This document shows positions 34,673-46,905 of a stretch of 64,000 bases of DNA, one piece after another. The notes beneath the pieces are model-generated. The model was not told where the DNA came from, ran no database searches, and saw only the letters and a program-made list of their open reading frames with translations. Location: positions 206,398,001 through 206,462,000 of the forward strand of contig NC_042998.1 in NCBI RefSeq assembly GCF_006345805.1, read 5' to 3'. The position numbers and the translations under genes are program-made. This stretch comes from Octopus sinensis (lineage: Eukaryota). How positions within the stretch are numbered: position 1 is the stretch's first letter; every line of letters starts with the position of its first letter.

Positions 34673-34971
34673 TGTGTGTTTGTCCCTCTAGCATTGCTTG
34701 ACAACCGATGCTGGTGTGTTTACATCCCTGTAACTTAGCAGTTTGGCAAAAGAGACCGATAGAATAAGTACTAGGCTTACAAAGAATAAGTCCTGGCATC
34801 GATTTGCTTGACTAAAGGCGGTGCTCCAGCATGGCCACAGTCAAATGACTGAAACAAATAAAAGAGTAAAAGAGAGAGTACAGTACTGCTTCTACTTCGC
34901 GGATTTTCACCTATCGCCGGGGGATGGGTGGGGTTTGGAACGTAACACCCAGGATAGTTGAGGGATTAGTG
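34310..34971. mobile_element. Tigger-like MITE (TA|CAGTAATCC...GGATTAGTG|TA) interrupted by a SINE A (34472-34878)
   Basis: Inverted termini with TA flanks. TACAGTA occurs on both sides of the SINE. Confidence 0.65.
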
Positions 34972-35319
34972 TATTTCTTGCAATTATAGAGATTATAGAG
35001 AGACATACTGGTAATGTAGTGGGGTCCATTTTTCTGTTTTGCCCTTTTGTCTTGCAAGGTACTTGGTGACCCTGTCTGAGATGATGCCATATAGAAAACA
35101 CTGGTGCTAATGCTGGGTGAAAAGCGCCGGTGCCAGTCCCACATAGAAAAAACACTGGTAATGGTGCCATGTAAAAAGGGCGCCCAGTGGACTCTGTAAA
35201 GTGGTTGGCGTTAGGAAGAAGGACATCAAGGCTGTAAGGGACCATGCCAAAACAGACCATGGGCTCTCAACCGTGCCAGCTGCTATCAAACTCATGGCAG
35301 CATGGAAAACGGATGTTTG

Positions 35320-35338
35320 ATGATGATGATGATGATGC

Positions 35339-35405
<67 letters not shown>

Positions 35406-35410
35406 GATGC

Positions 35411-35488
<78 letters not shown>
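35320..35488. repeat. (GAT)n microsatellite, tail of an RTE-type fragment
   Basis: Follows CATGGAAAACGGATGTTT. Confidence 0.95.
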
Positions 35489-35489
<1 letters not shown>

Positions 35490-36183
35490 ATCCTCCTGTA
35501 CCAACTTACAACTGATATCGAGTCCGGTCAAAAGAAATCGATATTTTACAATTATATTACAAATAAGCCTGGATTTGTTCCTGCGACATAGAGACACAAA
35601 TATATGCATGTGAGTGTGTGTGGATGTGTGTATAGATGCGTATGTACACAAGCACAGATACATGTCTCCATACATGTAGATGTTCGCATATATATACGCG
35701 TGTGTGTGTGTGTGTTTGTGTGTACCAGCACACGTCCCCATACATACATTCATATATCCAAGTATATCATATGTACGCATATATTTAAACCTATCAATAT
35801 ACACACTTCCATACACAGGCGTGCGCACGCACATAATTACACCACCACCTCCCCCCCTCCCCAACAATCTTGTCTGCTGTTCTTTTCTTTGTTTTTCTCT
35901 CTCTCTCGCTTTTCTCTTCGACCTACCCAGAGTTGATATTCAAGTCGATGGAGCAGATAGCCATAACAAGGATCAATTTATAGTCTCCGGCTGCAAGGAC
36001 TACTACCACTACTACTACCACTACTACTGCTATTGTTATTTCACATACACAATCACCCACACACACACGCAAAGAGGCCAAACAACACTTTTCTTCCTTG
36101 CCAATAAACCACCTGACCATCTCAACCATCATCATCATCATCATCATTCCCTTCACAACTACCATCACAACTATCAACAACAA

Positions 36184-36720
36184 CTGACCAGCATCTGTAA
36201 AATCTCCACCACCACCATCACCATCACAACCAACATCATCATCATCATCACCATCACAACTACCACCACCACCACCAACATCTGACCAGCATCTGTAAAA
36301 TCTCCACCACCACCAGTATCACAACCATATTATGACGACCACCACCACCGCCACCACCATCATCAACAACAACAACATCTGACCAGCATCTGTAAAATCT
36401 CCACCACCACCACCAGTATCACAACCATATTATGACGACCACCACCACCGCCACCACCATCATCAACAACAACAACATCTGACCAGCATCTGTAAAATCT
36501 CCACCACACCACCACATCACAACCATCATCATCATCACATCTACCACCGCCACCAGTATCACAACCATATTACGACCACCACCACCACCACCACCACCAT
36601 CTCAACCATCATCATCATCATCCATCACATCTACCACCACCATCATCAACAACATCTGACCAGCATCTGTAAAATCTCCACCACTACCATCACCACCACC
36701 AGTATCACAACCCTATTACG
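36184..36720. repeat. ~97-100-bp minisatellite with (CAC/CAT/CAA)n filler, 5 anchors
   Basis: CTGACCAGCATCTGTAAAATCTCCACCA recurs at ~36184, 36282, 36378, 36479 and 36656. Confidence 0.9.
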
Positions 36721-36824
36721 ACCACCACCACCACCCTTATTCTTTCCACTACTCTCTCCATCTCCACAACCAATATTACCACTTTAAATGTCCCTCATTA
36801 AAGCACTTTCCTTCCCCCCCTATC

Positions 36825-36855
<31 letters not shown>

Positions 36856-38066
36856 TGTTGTAGATTTTCATTGGTTTGTCTCTTTTTTTGTTTATTCTTC
36901 TTCATACTCCTATTGTTGTTGTTGTTGTTGTTGTTGTTGCTGTCTTCGTTTGTTTGCTGTCTTTGTCCTTGGCTCAATGCCCATCATCATGTGACAAGAC
37001 ATGTTCTGAATTCATTAAGGACCTAAGAGGCCCTCATTCATATTATTGAGTGTTCACCAAATGCCAAGAGAGAATTGGAAGAGATTTCAAAGAAATGGTA
37101 AAAACAAGAAAAGAAGAATTGATTGGAAAATGTCATTGAAGATAATTACCTCCCCGTCCCTTCACCAGCCATAACTCATTTCCACTGTGAATCCCTAAAA
37201 ACGATATCTCGAGCAATGATAATGAATTCGATGAGATTTATGGCCTGGCACAACACCAAATTTTATAAACTGAAAGATAATATTCTTCAATTAAAGTTCC
37301 CTGCAACCTGAAGATATCACTGGTACTTTGAGTCAACCATTTTGTATTTCCTTATGAAACAACATGCTGCTAGGGGTCACACAAACCATGAGGTGTACAA
37401 AATCTGGCAGCTAGGGGTCACACAAACCATGAGGTGTACAAAATCTGGCAGTAAGCTTTCGCTCCTTTAAATTCTCTTCCATGAAGCAACGTAAATAATG
37501 GCAGGAAGAAATCTCGTCGTAGACACACTCTACCGTTTAACTCTTGTAAACGTGGTTCCAGACCCAGTGGTTGTCAACCATTCTTTAACTGTGGATCCCT
37601 TAAATTCCTATTCCACACAAGTGGGCTTTTGTTAGCCAATTCAATGTTTGAAGAAAATTCCAATTAAATTTTTATAATTAAATATTTTTAGGAATTGTGT
37701 AAAAAAAATTGTCAAAAATATTTTGATTGTTGAATTAGAACCAGTTTATTATTCTTATATTCTTTTACGTGTTTCAGTCATTTGACTGTGGCCATGTTGG
37801 AGCACTGCCTTTAAATCGAACAAATCGACCCCCAGGACTTATTCTTTGTAAGTCCAGTACTTATTCTATCGGTCTCTTTTTGCCGAACCGCTAAGTTACA
37901 AGGATGTAGACACACCATTAAGCGATGATGGGTGGGGCAAAAACACACACACACACATATGTATACAGTGAATCCAAACAAAGAAGAACAAACAAGGAAA
38001 AACAATAACGCAAGGACGTGGCACAAGTTCTGCATTATCAGACGCTCAGGAAAGGAAGGAAAGAGG

Positions 38067-38102
38067 ATTTAACGTTTCGAGCCAAGGCTCTTCTTCAGAA
38101 AT
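38067..38102 (-). ncRNA. Intact minimal type I hammerhead ribozyme motif (Penelope-like)
   Basis: Minus strand reads ATTT-CTGAAGA-A-GAGC-CTTG-GCTC-GAAA-CGTT-AAAT. Stems I and II pair perfectly and helix III is the palindromic ACGT. Confidence 0.8.
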
Positions 38103-38909
38103 AGAAGAAAGTCCAAAAGAAGAGAAGACGGAGGAAGAAAATTGCCAATGATACACATGCGGTTATATTTTGAAATGACCAAAAGGGAATGGGTGAAGGA
38201 AAAGTTCTAAGATAGGAGAGCGCAAGAAAAGGAGGTATGCGTGTGGGTATGTGCCTGTGTGCAGGTCTGTGTAAGTGTAAGTGTGTGTGTAATAATAGCA
38301 TGTGTGTGTGAGTGAACTTGAGTCAATGTGCTAGGAAGAATTTACAGTAAGAATTTATAGTAGGAGTGGCTGCCTTTTAGTGTAGGAGAATGGTCGGGAG
38401 AAAGGTGTTTAACTGGTAGTTTGAAGTATGTGTGTGTGCACGTGTAAGTATATGTTTTGTGTGCAGTGTGTGCCTGTGTCTGTGCGTGTGTGTATGTGGA
38501 GTTGTGTTTTAAGTTGTGTCTGTGGAGTAAATGTGTATTACTCTGCATGTGTGCATGCGTTATCATCATCATATTAACATCCATGTTACCATGGTTGTAT
38601 TAAGTCAGATGGAATTTGTTGAGACACATTTTCTACAGCTGGATGCTCTTCCTGTCACCAATGCTCACCATTTTCCAAGTAAATTAATCTCTCTTCATGG
38701 TCGGACGACATTTTTCAAAGAAGCCCGAAAACAAAGGATGCTTGTTTGCAGCTATCATGTAATGTCAAGACAACAGTACACACACACACACACACGCACA
38801 CAGCAGGCTTCTTCCAGTTTCCATCAACCAAATCCACTCATAAGGGTTTGGTCGGCCCAACCTCCTTAACCACAGAGTCACACCTGCACCAGTCATATAT
38901 ACTCTAGAG

Positions 38910-39021
38910 CTGTGTTTCTCAACCAAGGTTCCCCGGAACCCTAAGGTTCCAGAAAAGGTTCCTAGGGGTTCTGTGAGAAAGAGGGAGATAAGCTAATGCT
39001 AATGCATGATATATATATATA

Positions 39022-39056
<35 letters not shown>

Positions 39057-39510
39057 TGGGGGGGGGGGCTTTGAAAGGGTCTCAGGGAGTAGTGTCCCAA
39101 CGTTCCTGAGTTAGTTTTCCACCACATTTCTTAAAAATAATCGTAGAGGCCTTGGTCTCAGGGACCACTCATGTTTAGAAACTGAGGTTGGGGGTAAGCA
39201 AGGACATGCTCCCCAAAGAAAATCCAGCTCCAAAAAGGCCTTATGATAGTAGGGGAGAATGAGCACCAGCCAGCCAGCCCAAAGGTTGGGGTGGGCTGCA
39301 CCTGCCTTGGTTGCTATGGCATTGAGGTAGATCCAGCCACCTTTGTTAACAGGGACAAAACCTGGATTTAAAACACTTGATGATGATGATGATGATATAT
39401 GATATTCACCACATGAATTACGATGAAAAAATATGAGAAAGATATGGTATATAATTTTTTTTTGGTGCAGGGGTTCCACGACACATGTAATTTATTTTAA
39501 GGGTTACACA
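38910..39510 (+). mobile_element. hAT-type element fragment
   Basis: CTCTAGAG target followed by CTGTGTTTCTCAACC. The right end is lost at a SINE A. Confidence 0.5.
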
Positions 39511-39908
39511 GCAGTGGCTGTGTGGTAAGTAGCTTGGTTACAAACCACATGGTTCCGGGTTCAGTCCCACTGCGTGGCATCTTGGGCAAGTGTCTTCTGC
39601 TATAGCCTCGGGCCGACCAAAGCCTTGTCAGTGGATTTGGTAGACGGAAACTGAAAGAAGCCCGTCGTATATATGTATATATATATATATATGCGTGTGT
39701 GTGTCTGTGTTTGTCCCCCTAGCATTGCTTGACAACCGATGCTGGTGTGTTTATGTCCCCGTTACTTAGCGGTTCGGCAAAAGAGACCGATAGAATAAGT
39801 ACTGGGCTTACAAAAGAATAAGTCCCGGGGTCGAGTTGCTCGATTAAAGGCGGTGCTCCAGCATGGCCGCAGTCAAATGACTGAAACAAATAAAAGAGTA
39901 AAAGAGTA
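39510..39908 (+). mobile_element. SINE family A
   Basis: Near-consensus copy. Confidence 0.88.
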
Positions 39909-40156
39909 AACGGTAAAAGGGTTGAGGAACACTGCTGGAAATCAAGCATAAAGCAACAGCACCATCCCCGCTGTGGAGGGCACCACTGACAGGCTTAACA
40001 GTCTCTTAATTCCGTTTCCCACTCGTTTATCTGATACCCAGCTTAACGAGGTCTGGTTTAGTGAGAGCTCACTTTATGTATCATCTCTTTTGAATAACAG
40101 CTGATATGAATCGTAGTTGGTTGGGTTCTCTACTCATGCTTTACATCACATATATA

Positions 40157-40387
40157 TATTTCTTTACTACCCACAAGGGGCTAAACATAGAAGGGACAAA
40201 CAAAGACAGACAAAGGGATTAAGTCGATTACATCGACTCCAGTGCATAACTGGTACTTAATTTATCGACCTCGAAAGGATGAAAGGCAAAGTCGACCTCG
40301 GCGGAATTTGAACTCGGAACGTAACGACAGACGAAATACTGCTACAAATTTCGCCCGGCATGCTAACGTTTCTACCAGCTTGCCACC
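40157..40387 (-). mobile_element. SINE family B with 16-bp TSD
   Basis: TTACATCACATATATA at 40141-40156 and 40388-40403. Confidence 0.9.
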
Positions 40388-41137
40388 TTACATCACATAT
40401 ATAGAGGGAGAGAGTAACAGAGAGAGAGGGAGGGAGAGAAAGAGGGAGGGAGAGAGAGAGGGAAGGAGGGAGGGAGAGAGAGTTAATACTAGCAGTGCAA
40501 GGTCAATGTCTGATAACTCTCTAAAAAATACACTTTTTTCTTTCATTCTTTTTTTTTAAAGGAAGTTTGCAGAAATAGGTTTTTAATGAAGTGAGCTGTG
40601 CAAACCAAATCCAAAAACGGATTAGTTATTGCAAATAAACAAATGAGAAATTTGTTTTTATTTAATTTTATTTTCAGGTAATATTTTCTTTTGAAAATTG
40701 GTATTCATTTCATGATTTTGTCTAAGCGTCAAGGGATTTGTGAGAAATGAAATTCCAATCAGCTAAAATGGATTCTCTTCCCCCAGTTTGGTTTGGTTTA
40801 ATAAGGGTTCAATGTAGAGATCTCTTTTGATCTTTGGCTTGTTCCAGTTATTGGAATGTGGCCATGCTGGGGCACCAGCTTGAACGGGTTTTTGTCAAAC
40901 AAATCAATGCCAGTACTTAGTTTAAAGTCTGCTAACTCATTCACTTTTGGTGAACCACTAAGTTACAGGGACATAAACAAACTAACACACCCACACATAC
41001 ACACACAAGCTGGGCATCCGGAGTTTCCGACTACCAATTTCATTCATAAGCAGTGGTGTAGCTAGAGTAAACCATGCCTGGGACAAGCCGCAAAAATGGG
41101 CCCCCCCCCACCACCAATTACAAAATCCATGATATTA

Positions 41138-41358
41138 CATAGTACTTTTGGAGTAAAGATTGTTTGCCAACATAACATGGCAGTCCTGGTTTAGGACGAA
41201 TGTTGCTGTAATTTAGCCTCAGGAGACATCGTCTCCAGCTGGCTCTACGACATGATCTGTGTCCTTATAGTTTTGAACAAGGGAATTACAGCAACATTTG
41301 TCTTAAACCAGGACTGCCATGTTATGTCGGCAAACAATCTTTTCTCCAAAGTACTGTG
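41138..41358. mobile_element. MITE with ~75-bp TIRs
   Basis: AGTACTTTTGGAG...TGTTGCTGTAATT is matched by AATTACAGCAACA...CTCCAAAGTACT. Confidence 0.85.
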
Positions 41359-41529
41359 GCTGAATATCTCTCGTTGTGAGATTTATAAACAGAGTTTTCA
41401 AAGTGACAACTAGTCACTGATCTATAAATTAGAAAATTACTACATTTCGAATGGGAATTTGGCAGCGCCACCTCTAGCCAAACAATTATTCTGTGCTCAT
41501 GAAGGGAAAAAAAAAACATTCTTATTTGT

Positions 41530-41820
41530 ATTGCTTTTACGTCCTGTTTTTGTCACTTTTTTTCTTTCCTTGTTTTACCCCTCTGCAAAGGAATTTTATT
41601 TAATTCTTTTGCAGGAAGGACTGGTTCGACCGGATCGTGTTCTGTCCTTACCTTCAAAACACGCATGGAGTCGAACCAGGGACAGCTGATGAAGGGGAAT
41701 ATTCCTTGTATTGTTTGTCTTGTACTCTGTTTTTTCGTTGTTAAAAAAAGTCTGTTTCCATGTTTGTTTTTATGTTTTCGTTTCATGTTGAGTTCTATGT
41801 CTATTTGTGGGGTCCTGTAC
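41530..41820 (+). repeat. Interspersed repeat, possibly Penelope-like terminal repeat; inverted copy at ~43682-43900
   Basis: Shared CTGA(T/A)GAAGGGGAATATTCCTTG...GTCTTGTACTCTG. Confidence 0.5.
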
Positions 41821-41894
41821 TCATATATATATATGTATGCATGTATATATACATGTAGATGTAGGTACGTACATATATGTATGTATGCATATAT

Positions 41895-41967
<73 letters not shown>

Positions 41968-42351
41968 GTATAGTTTCTGTCTACCAAATCTACTCACAAT
42001 ACTTTGGTCGGCCCGAGGCTATAGTAGAAGACACTTGCCCAAGGTGTCACGCAGTGGGACTGAACCCAGAAGCATGTGGTTGGGAAGCAAGCTTCTTACC
42101 ACACAGCCACGCCTGACAGACAGACATACATACATTACATTACATACATATATGTATATATGACATGCAGACACACACACACATTTACAAACAGGAAATG
42201 AGAGATCATAAAAAGTTAATATCTGCTAACAACAACAATAACAACAACAACAGAAATAGAATTGGTCTCTGCCAGTTCTGTTCCGCAGTTCTCAACCGAT
42301 TCTCTCTAAGCACATTCTCGCTTGAATCTGTTGTTAGCTGTTATATCCACT

Positions 42352-42672
42352 CCACCACCACCACCACCACCACCACTACTACTACACCACCACCACCACC
42401 ACTACTACTACTACCACCACCACTACCACCACCACCACCACTACTACTACTACCACCACCACTACCACCACCACCACCACCACTACTACTACTACCACCA
42501 CCACCACCACTACCATCACCACCACCACTACTACCATCACCACCACCACTACTACCACCACCACCACCACCACTACCACCACCACCACCACCACCACCAC
42601 CACCACCACCACCACCACCACCACTACCACCACTACCACCATCACCACCACCACTACCACCACCACTACCAT
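42352..42672. repeat. (CCA)n/(CTA)n compound microsatellite
   Basis: Source of the poly-P/H/T/G/V ORFs. Confidence 0.95.
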
Positions 42673-43057
42673 TGCCTACAGCAACCACACAAGCACCGTC
42701 CAACACTCGACTCCGGCGCCACTTTTCTACCCCCCTCTCAACCCCTTTGCTCCCCCCTCCCCCCGTAAACCACCACCACTGGCACGGCAACGGTTATTAT
42801 CACCTCCATTACTATCCTCCTGCTCCCACCACCCCACCCCACCCCACACCACACCACACCTCGTATATTCACTGGGAAGGAAAGCATAATGCCAGGAGGC
42901 GTGCATGCAAAGGTGCAGCCGCATTGCACCGAACATGCGCATGCAAACATGCATTTTAGAAAGGTCATCGTCAATGGAGATAATTAGATGGAAAGTTTAA
43001 AAAATAATTACACACACCTTTCACTTTCTCTCCCCTCTTCCCTCTGTTATTCTCACA

Positions 43058-43092
<35 letters not shown>

Positions 43093-43494
43093 TGTGCGTG
43101 TGTATAAAGATATACAAGCAGATTTGGCTGTGTAGTCAAGAAGCTTGATTCCCAGTTATACAGTCCCAGGTTCAGTTCCACTGCGTGGCAACTTGGGCAA
43201 ATATCTTCCGTTATAGCCCTGGGCCAACCAAAACATTTATGACGAGATCTGGTAGCTGGAAACTGAAAGAAGCCTGTCATGTGTGTGTGTATGTGTGTCT
43301 CCCACCACGGCTTGATAACTGATTTTGATGTTTACATCTCTGTGACATAGCGGTTCAGCAAAAGAGACTGACACAATACATACCAGACTTTAACAAACAT
43401 AAGTACTGGGAGTCAATTCATTCAATAAAAATTCTTCAAGGCGGTGCCCCAGCATGGCCACAGTCTAAAGACTGAAGCAAGTAAAGAATAAAGG

Positions 43495-43568
<74 letters not shown>

Positions 43569-44005
43569 CTTAGAAATGGATGTGTGGCGTTCGATCATAC
43601 AATAATATAAATAATATATAAACATATGCAAATATACATACCTATATGTACATACCTACATATATATGTATATATACATGCATAGATGTGTACAGGACAT
43701 CAAAAAAACGTTGAACACAATGAGAAACGAAAACATAAAAACATGGAAACGAACTTTTTTTTCAAACAACGAAAAAACAGAGTACAAGACATACAACACA
43801 AGGAATATTCCCCTTCTTCAGTTGTCCGTTTTATCTACTCCACGTTTCGAAGGTAAGGACAAGACGCGACTTCGTTGAAACAGTCCTTCCCGCAAAGCAA
43901 ATTAAATAGAATTTGGCATTTTTTGCTGAAGGGTAAAAGTGGTAACAAGAACAGGACAATGAGAACAAAACAAGACAGTAAAAACAATGCATATATATTA
44001 ATAAA

Positions 44006-44400
44006 CTAGCAGTATCGCCCGGCGTTGCTCGGGTTTGTAAGGGAAATAACTATATAAGCATTTTTAGAGATGTAAAGTATAATAGCCATCTCAATATGGC
44101 TAACCACAAAGGGGGGGGTGTTACTGTAGCTTTTTACGTTCTGAGATTTAATAATAAATTTTTAGAGAGTTACTTCCCTTATATAATAGCAAAAAAATGC
44201 ATTAAAATGGAATAAAATTATGGTAAATTTTTTTTAAATCGTAGACTCATCGTAGACGCGCGCTAATACCCAGAAGGGCTCGATATGAATCACGACTATA
44301 AGATACCTGGTTTTGGTTAAACTGCACCGCAAAATGTAGGAGTAGTTAGGAATCTAAATCGTAGGAGACAGACACACAACTTCACTTTTATATATAAAGA
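44006..44400 (-). mobile_element. Non-autonomous Helitron family 1, copy 3
   Basis: Reverse complement of 4072-4466 with A|TC and CTAG|T ends. Confidence 0.88.
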
Positions 44401-44689
44401 TATCAGGGTAAGAAAAATTTTGGAAATTTTTACTCCCAGTGGCCTAGCTTGTAGAAAACCAGTCAATAGACTAAATATTATTCATATAAATACAGTGTAC
44501 ATTTAAACACATAAGAGGTATCCATCATGGGATACCTGGCATGCTAGAAGGAACAGCCAAAATCCAAACCACTGTTAGGGGTAATTAACAGAGTGGGGTA
44601 ACGATTGAAGAAAGAAACTACAATAAAGGGAGAGGAGCAGGTTTCTTACTGAAGACATTGCTCTCATTAAAAATCAATTCCAACCATTT

Positions 44690-45180
44690 TATGGTTAGCA
44701 TTTTAATGCCAGACACTTTCTGTCAGGCGATCCAGCTAGGGTTATTCAAGCTCCCAGTCTGTGTCTGCTTAGTTTCCACTTCCTGATCCACAGTCCCCTT
44801 GGGGCAACCTTTGCTGCCCCCACAGCTGACCTGATGGCCTTGTACCTATTGGCCCCAGTGATACTCAGCATGCTGTAAGCTCTGCAGAGGGATTGACCTG
44901 CTAACCCTGTGCCTCACACTTTACTTGCCACTCTTTGCTTTCACATCAGCTCACCATATTTCCATCTCTTAATCATCTCCTCCTCAATGTGGTCCTTTCA
45001 AGGAACAAAGTCATCTACCTGGATGCTTCCGAGATCAGCCCCTTATCTAAGTTATGTAATGTTGAGACAGCAGCTTCTGGGGGACATCAGCTGCTTTTCC
45101 CGGTTAACCTTCACCTCTTAGTTTTTTGCCATTGCAAATAAGCCAGGTAAAGTGGACCAGGCAGCTGGCTTACCTGCAAT
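44690..45180 (-). mobile_element. HERO-like LINE (restriction-like endonuclease) C-terminus and 3' UTR, pseudogenised
   Basis: Frameshifted GLFAMAKN*EVKV..EKQL, DHIEEE..KRWKYGEL and LCRAYSMLSITGANRYKAIRSA..LWIRK, followed by a UTR similar to HERO 3' ends (recall). Confidence 0.7.
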
Positions 45181-45589
45181 GACATAGAAATCGACGATTA
45201 TCTTATGAACTTTGTTAGCTTACAGCCAGATGCCCTTCCTGAAGCCAACCAACCAATTAAGAGAGTGTACTGGGCGCTTTTATGTGGCACCAACACCAGT
45301 GAGGTAGCCAAGTACCTGCAAGATAACACCCCTTAACTAAAGGATTCATAGCTGAATGCCTGAATAACAACTTATAGTTTCATCAGAGCTTCAAATTTGA
45401 AGTGCGATTCATTTGGAAAAACATTTACATTTATGCATGTACACAGAAAGATATGTATATTGAGTTCTACACCATGTTATTAATATTGCAATGCCTAAGC
45501 AAAATGTGTGTGTGTCTCACCACTGCATGGCAACCATTGGCAGTTCAGCAAAAAAAAAAACCCAGATAGAACAAATACCAGGCTTATTA

Positions 45590-45920
45590 CTCCATTCATA
45601 TTTTCATTCGAGTTTTGGTCTACCTTCTGTAATCTGTCTGAGTGTCGTGTCTGTTCTAAGCATAAATAAGATCCTAACAGTTATGTTATCAACTGAGATG
45701 TTCTAATTGAGCATGTTAGTAGAGCACTGACAAGCTTTTCTTCTCCTTGAGCTCCTGCCAGTGTTCACTTATCTGCTCACCTATGCTACATGCTGTCTCT
45801 CCAGCATATGTCATTGTTCTGTTTCTGCACTGCTCCTCTGTACACCTTAGTCTATAGACTACATTCCTGGTTTTACAGTTTACTCTACACACTATACAGT
45901 CCTTGTTAGAAAGAAATTCT
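45590..45920 (-). mobile_element. Second Penelope-like GIY-YIG endonuclease relic
   Basis: CRVNCKTRNVVYRLRCTEEQCRNRTMTYAGETACSIGEQISEH follows the VVY...YxGET...EH pattern. Confidence 0.8.
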
Positions 45921-46303
45921 GTTGTTATTATTAAAAGCAGGAAACTAGCAGAATCATTACTGCGCCAGACGAATTGCTTACCAGCATTTCTTTTGACTTC
46001 ATGCTTTGGGTTCAAATGCCACAAGATCAAATTTGTCTTTCATCTTTCAAGGGGTTGATAAAGTACCGGTCAATTGCTGCGGTTCATTGAAACTAACACC
46101 TTCCCTACAACATTGCTGATCTTGTGCCTTCATAAAGAGGAAGGGGTAAAAATTTTCAGGGAAATTTTTGTGGGGGTGGGTGGGGCTAATTGCCATTTTG
46201 AGAATTTCTTCTTTGGCAGGCACAGACACAGTGTTGCAAGCAAGCATTTGGACCAGGTTTGGGGATTGAAACATGTTGCTACATGAATGAATGCATTACT
46301 TTT

Positions 46304-46462
46304 TTACTGTAGTAGTAGTAGTAGTAGCAGCAGCAGTACCAGCAGTAGTAGTAGTGGCAGTAGTAGTAGTAGTAGTAGTAATAGTGGCAGTAGTAGTAGT
46401 AGTAGTAGTATAGTGGCAGTAGTAGTAGTAGTAGTAATAGTAGTAGTAGTAGTAGTAGTAGT
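46304..46462. repeat. (AGT)n microsatellite
   Basis: Directly visible. Confidence 0.95.
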
Positions 46463-46637
46463 AGAAACAAGCCATTGGCCAGAGTCTATGCCACCTTTAA
46501 TGCCCATCCTGCAACACCAGTTTCAAAGACCTGACCTGAAGGCCACTGCAGTTGTAGCCATCCCTTCTTCATTCACCGAACCATTAAAAGAAAAAAAAAC
46601 CTAAAGTTGATATCTCAAAGACACAATAACCAATTCT

Positions 46638-46828
46638 GTTATGTCTGGGGAGAGTCATACTCTTTTTGTGCCTTATAATTTAACACACCCACTGGTAAAA
46701 TTTCCACTTATTTCTTCTTCAAAAATTTTCATTGCGTCTTGTAACCTTTTCAATAGTTTTGGAAATTTTACAGGTGCGTCTGTTAAATAATAAGGCACCA
46801 AAAGAGAATGACTCTCCCCAGACAACAA
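46638..46828. mobile_element. MITE with ~45-bp TIRs, ~80 nt 3' of the RGS exon donor
   Basis: TGTCTGGGGAGAGTCATACTCTTTTTGTGCCTTAT is matched by ATAAGGCACCAAAAGAGAATGACTCTCCCCAGACA. Confidence 0.8.
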
Positions 46829-46905
46829 AATATGCTTCAACACACGAACTCACATGAATCTTGCAAACCAAATCCAAAAACGAAATACAATAAGCAATGT
46901 TTTAC

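Noticed and set aside
35927-35990. Possible 64-nt minus-strand exon (AGDYKLILVMAICSIDLNINS)
   Set aside because: The acceptor is weak and lies in a microsatellite, inclusion would frameshift the RGS ORF, and there is no homology. Only RNA-seq could rescue it as a poison exon.
41640-41710. GAAAC upstream of CTGATGA (also 43810-43860), suggesting a type II hammerhead
   Set aside because: Stem I and the cleavage triplet cannot be formed consistently.
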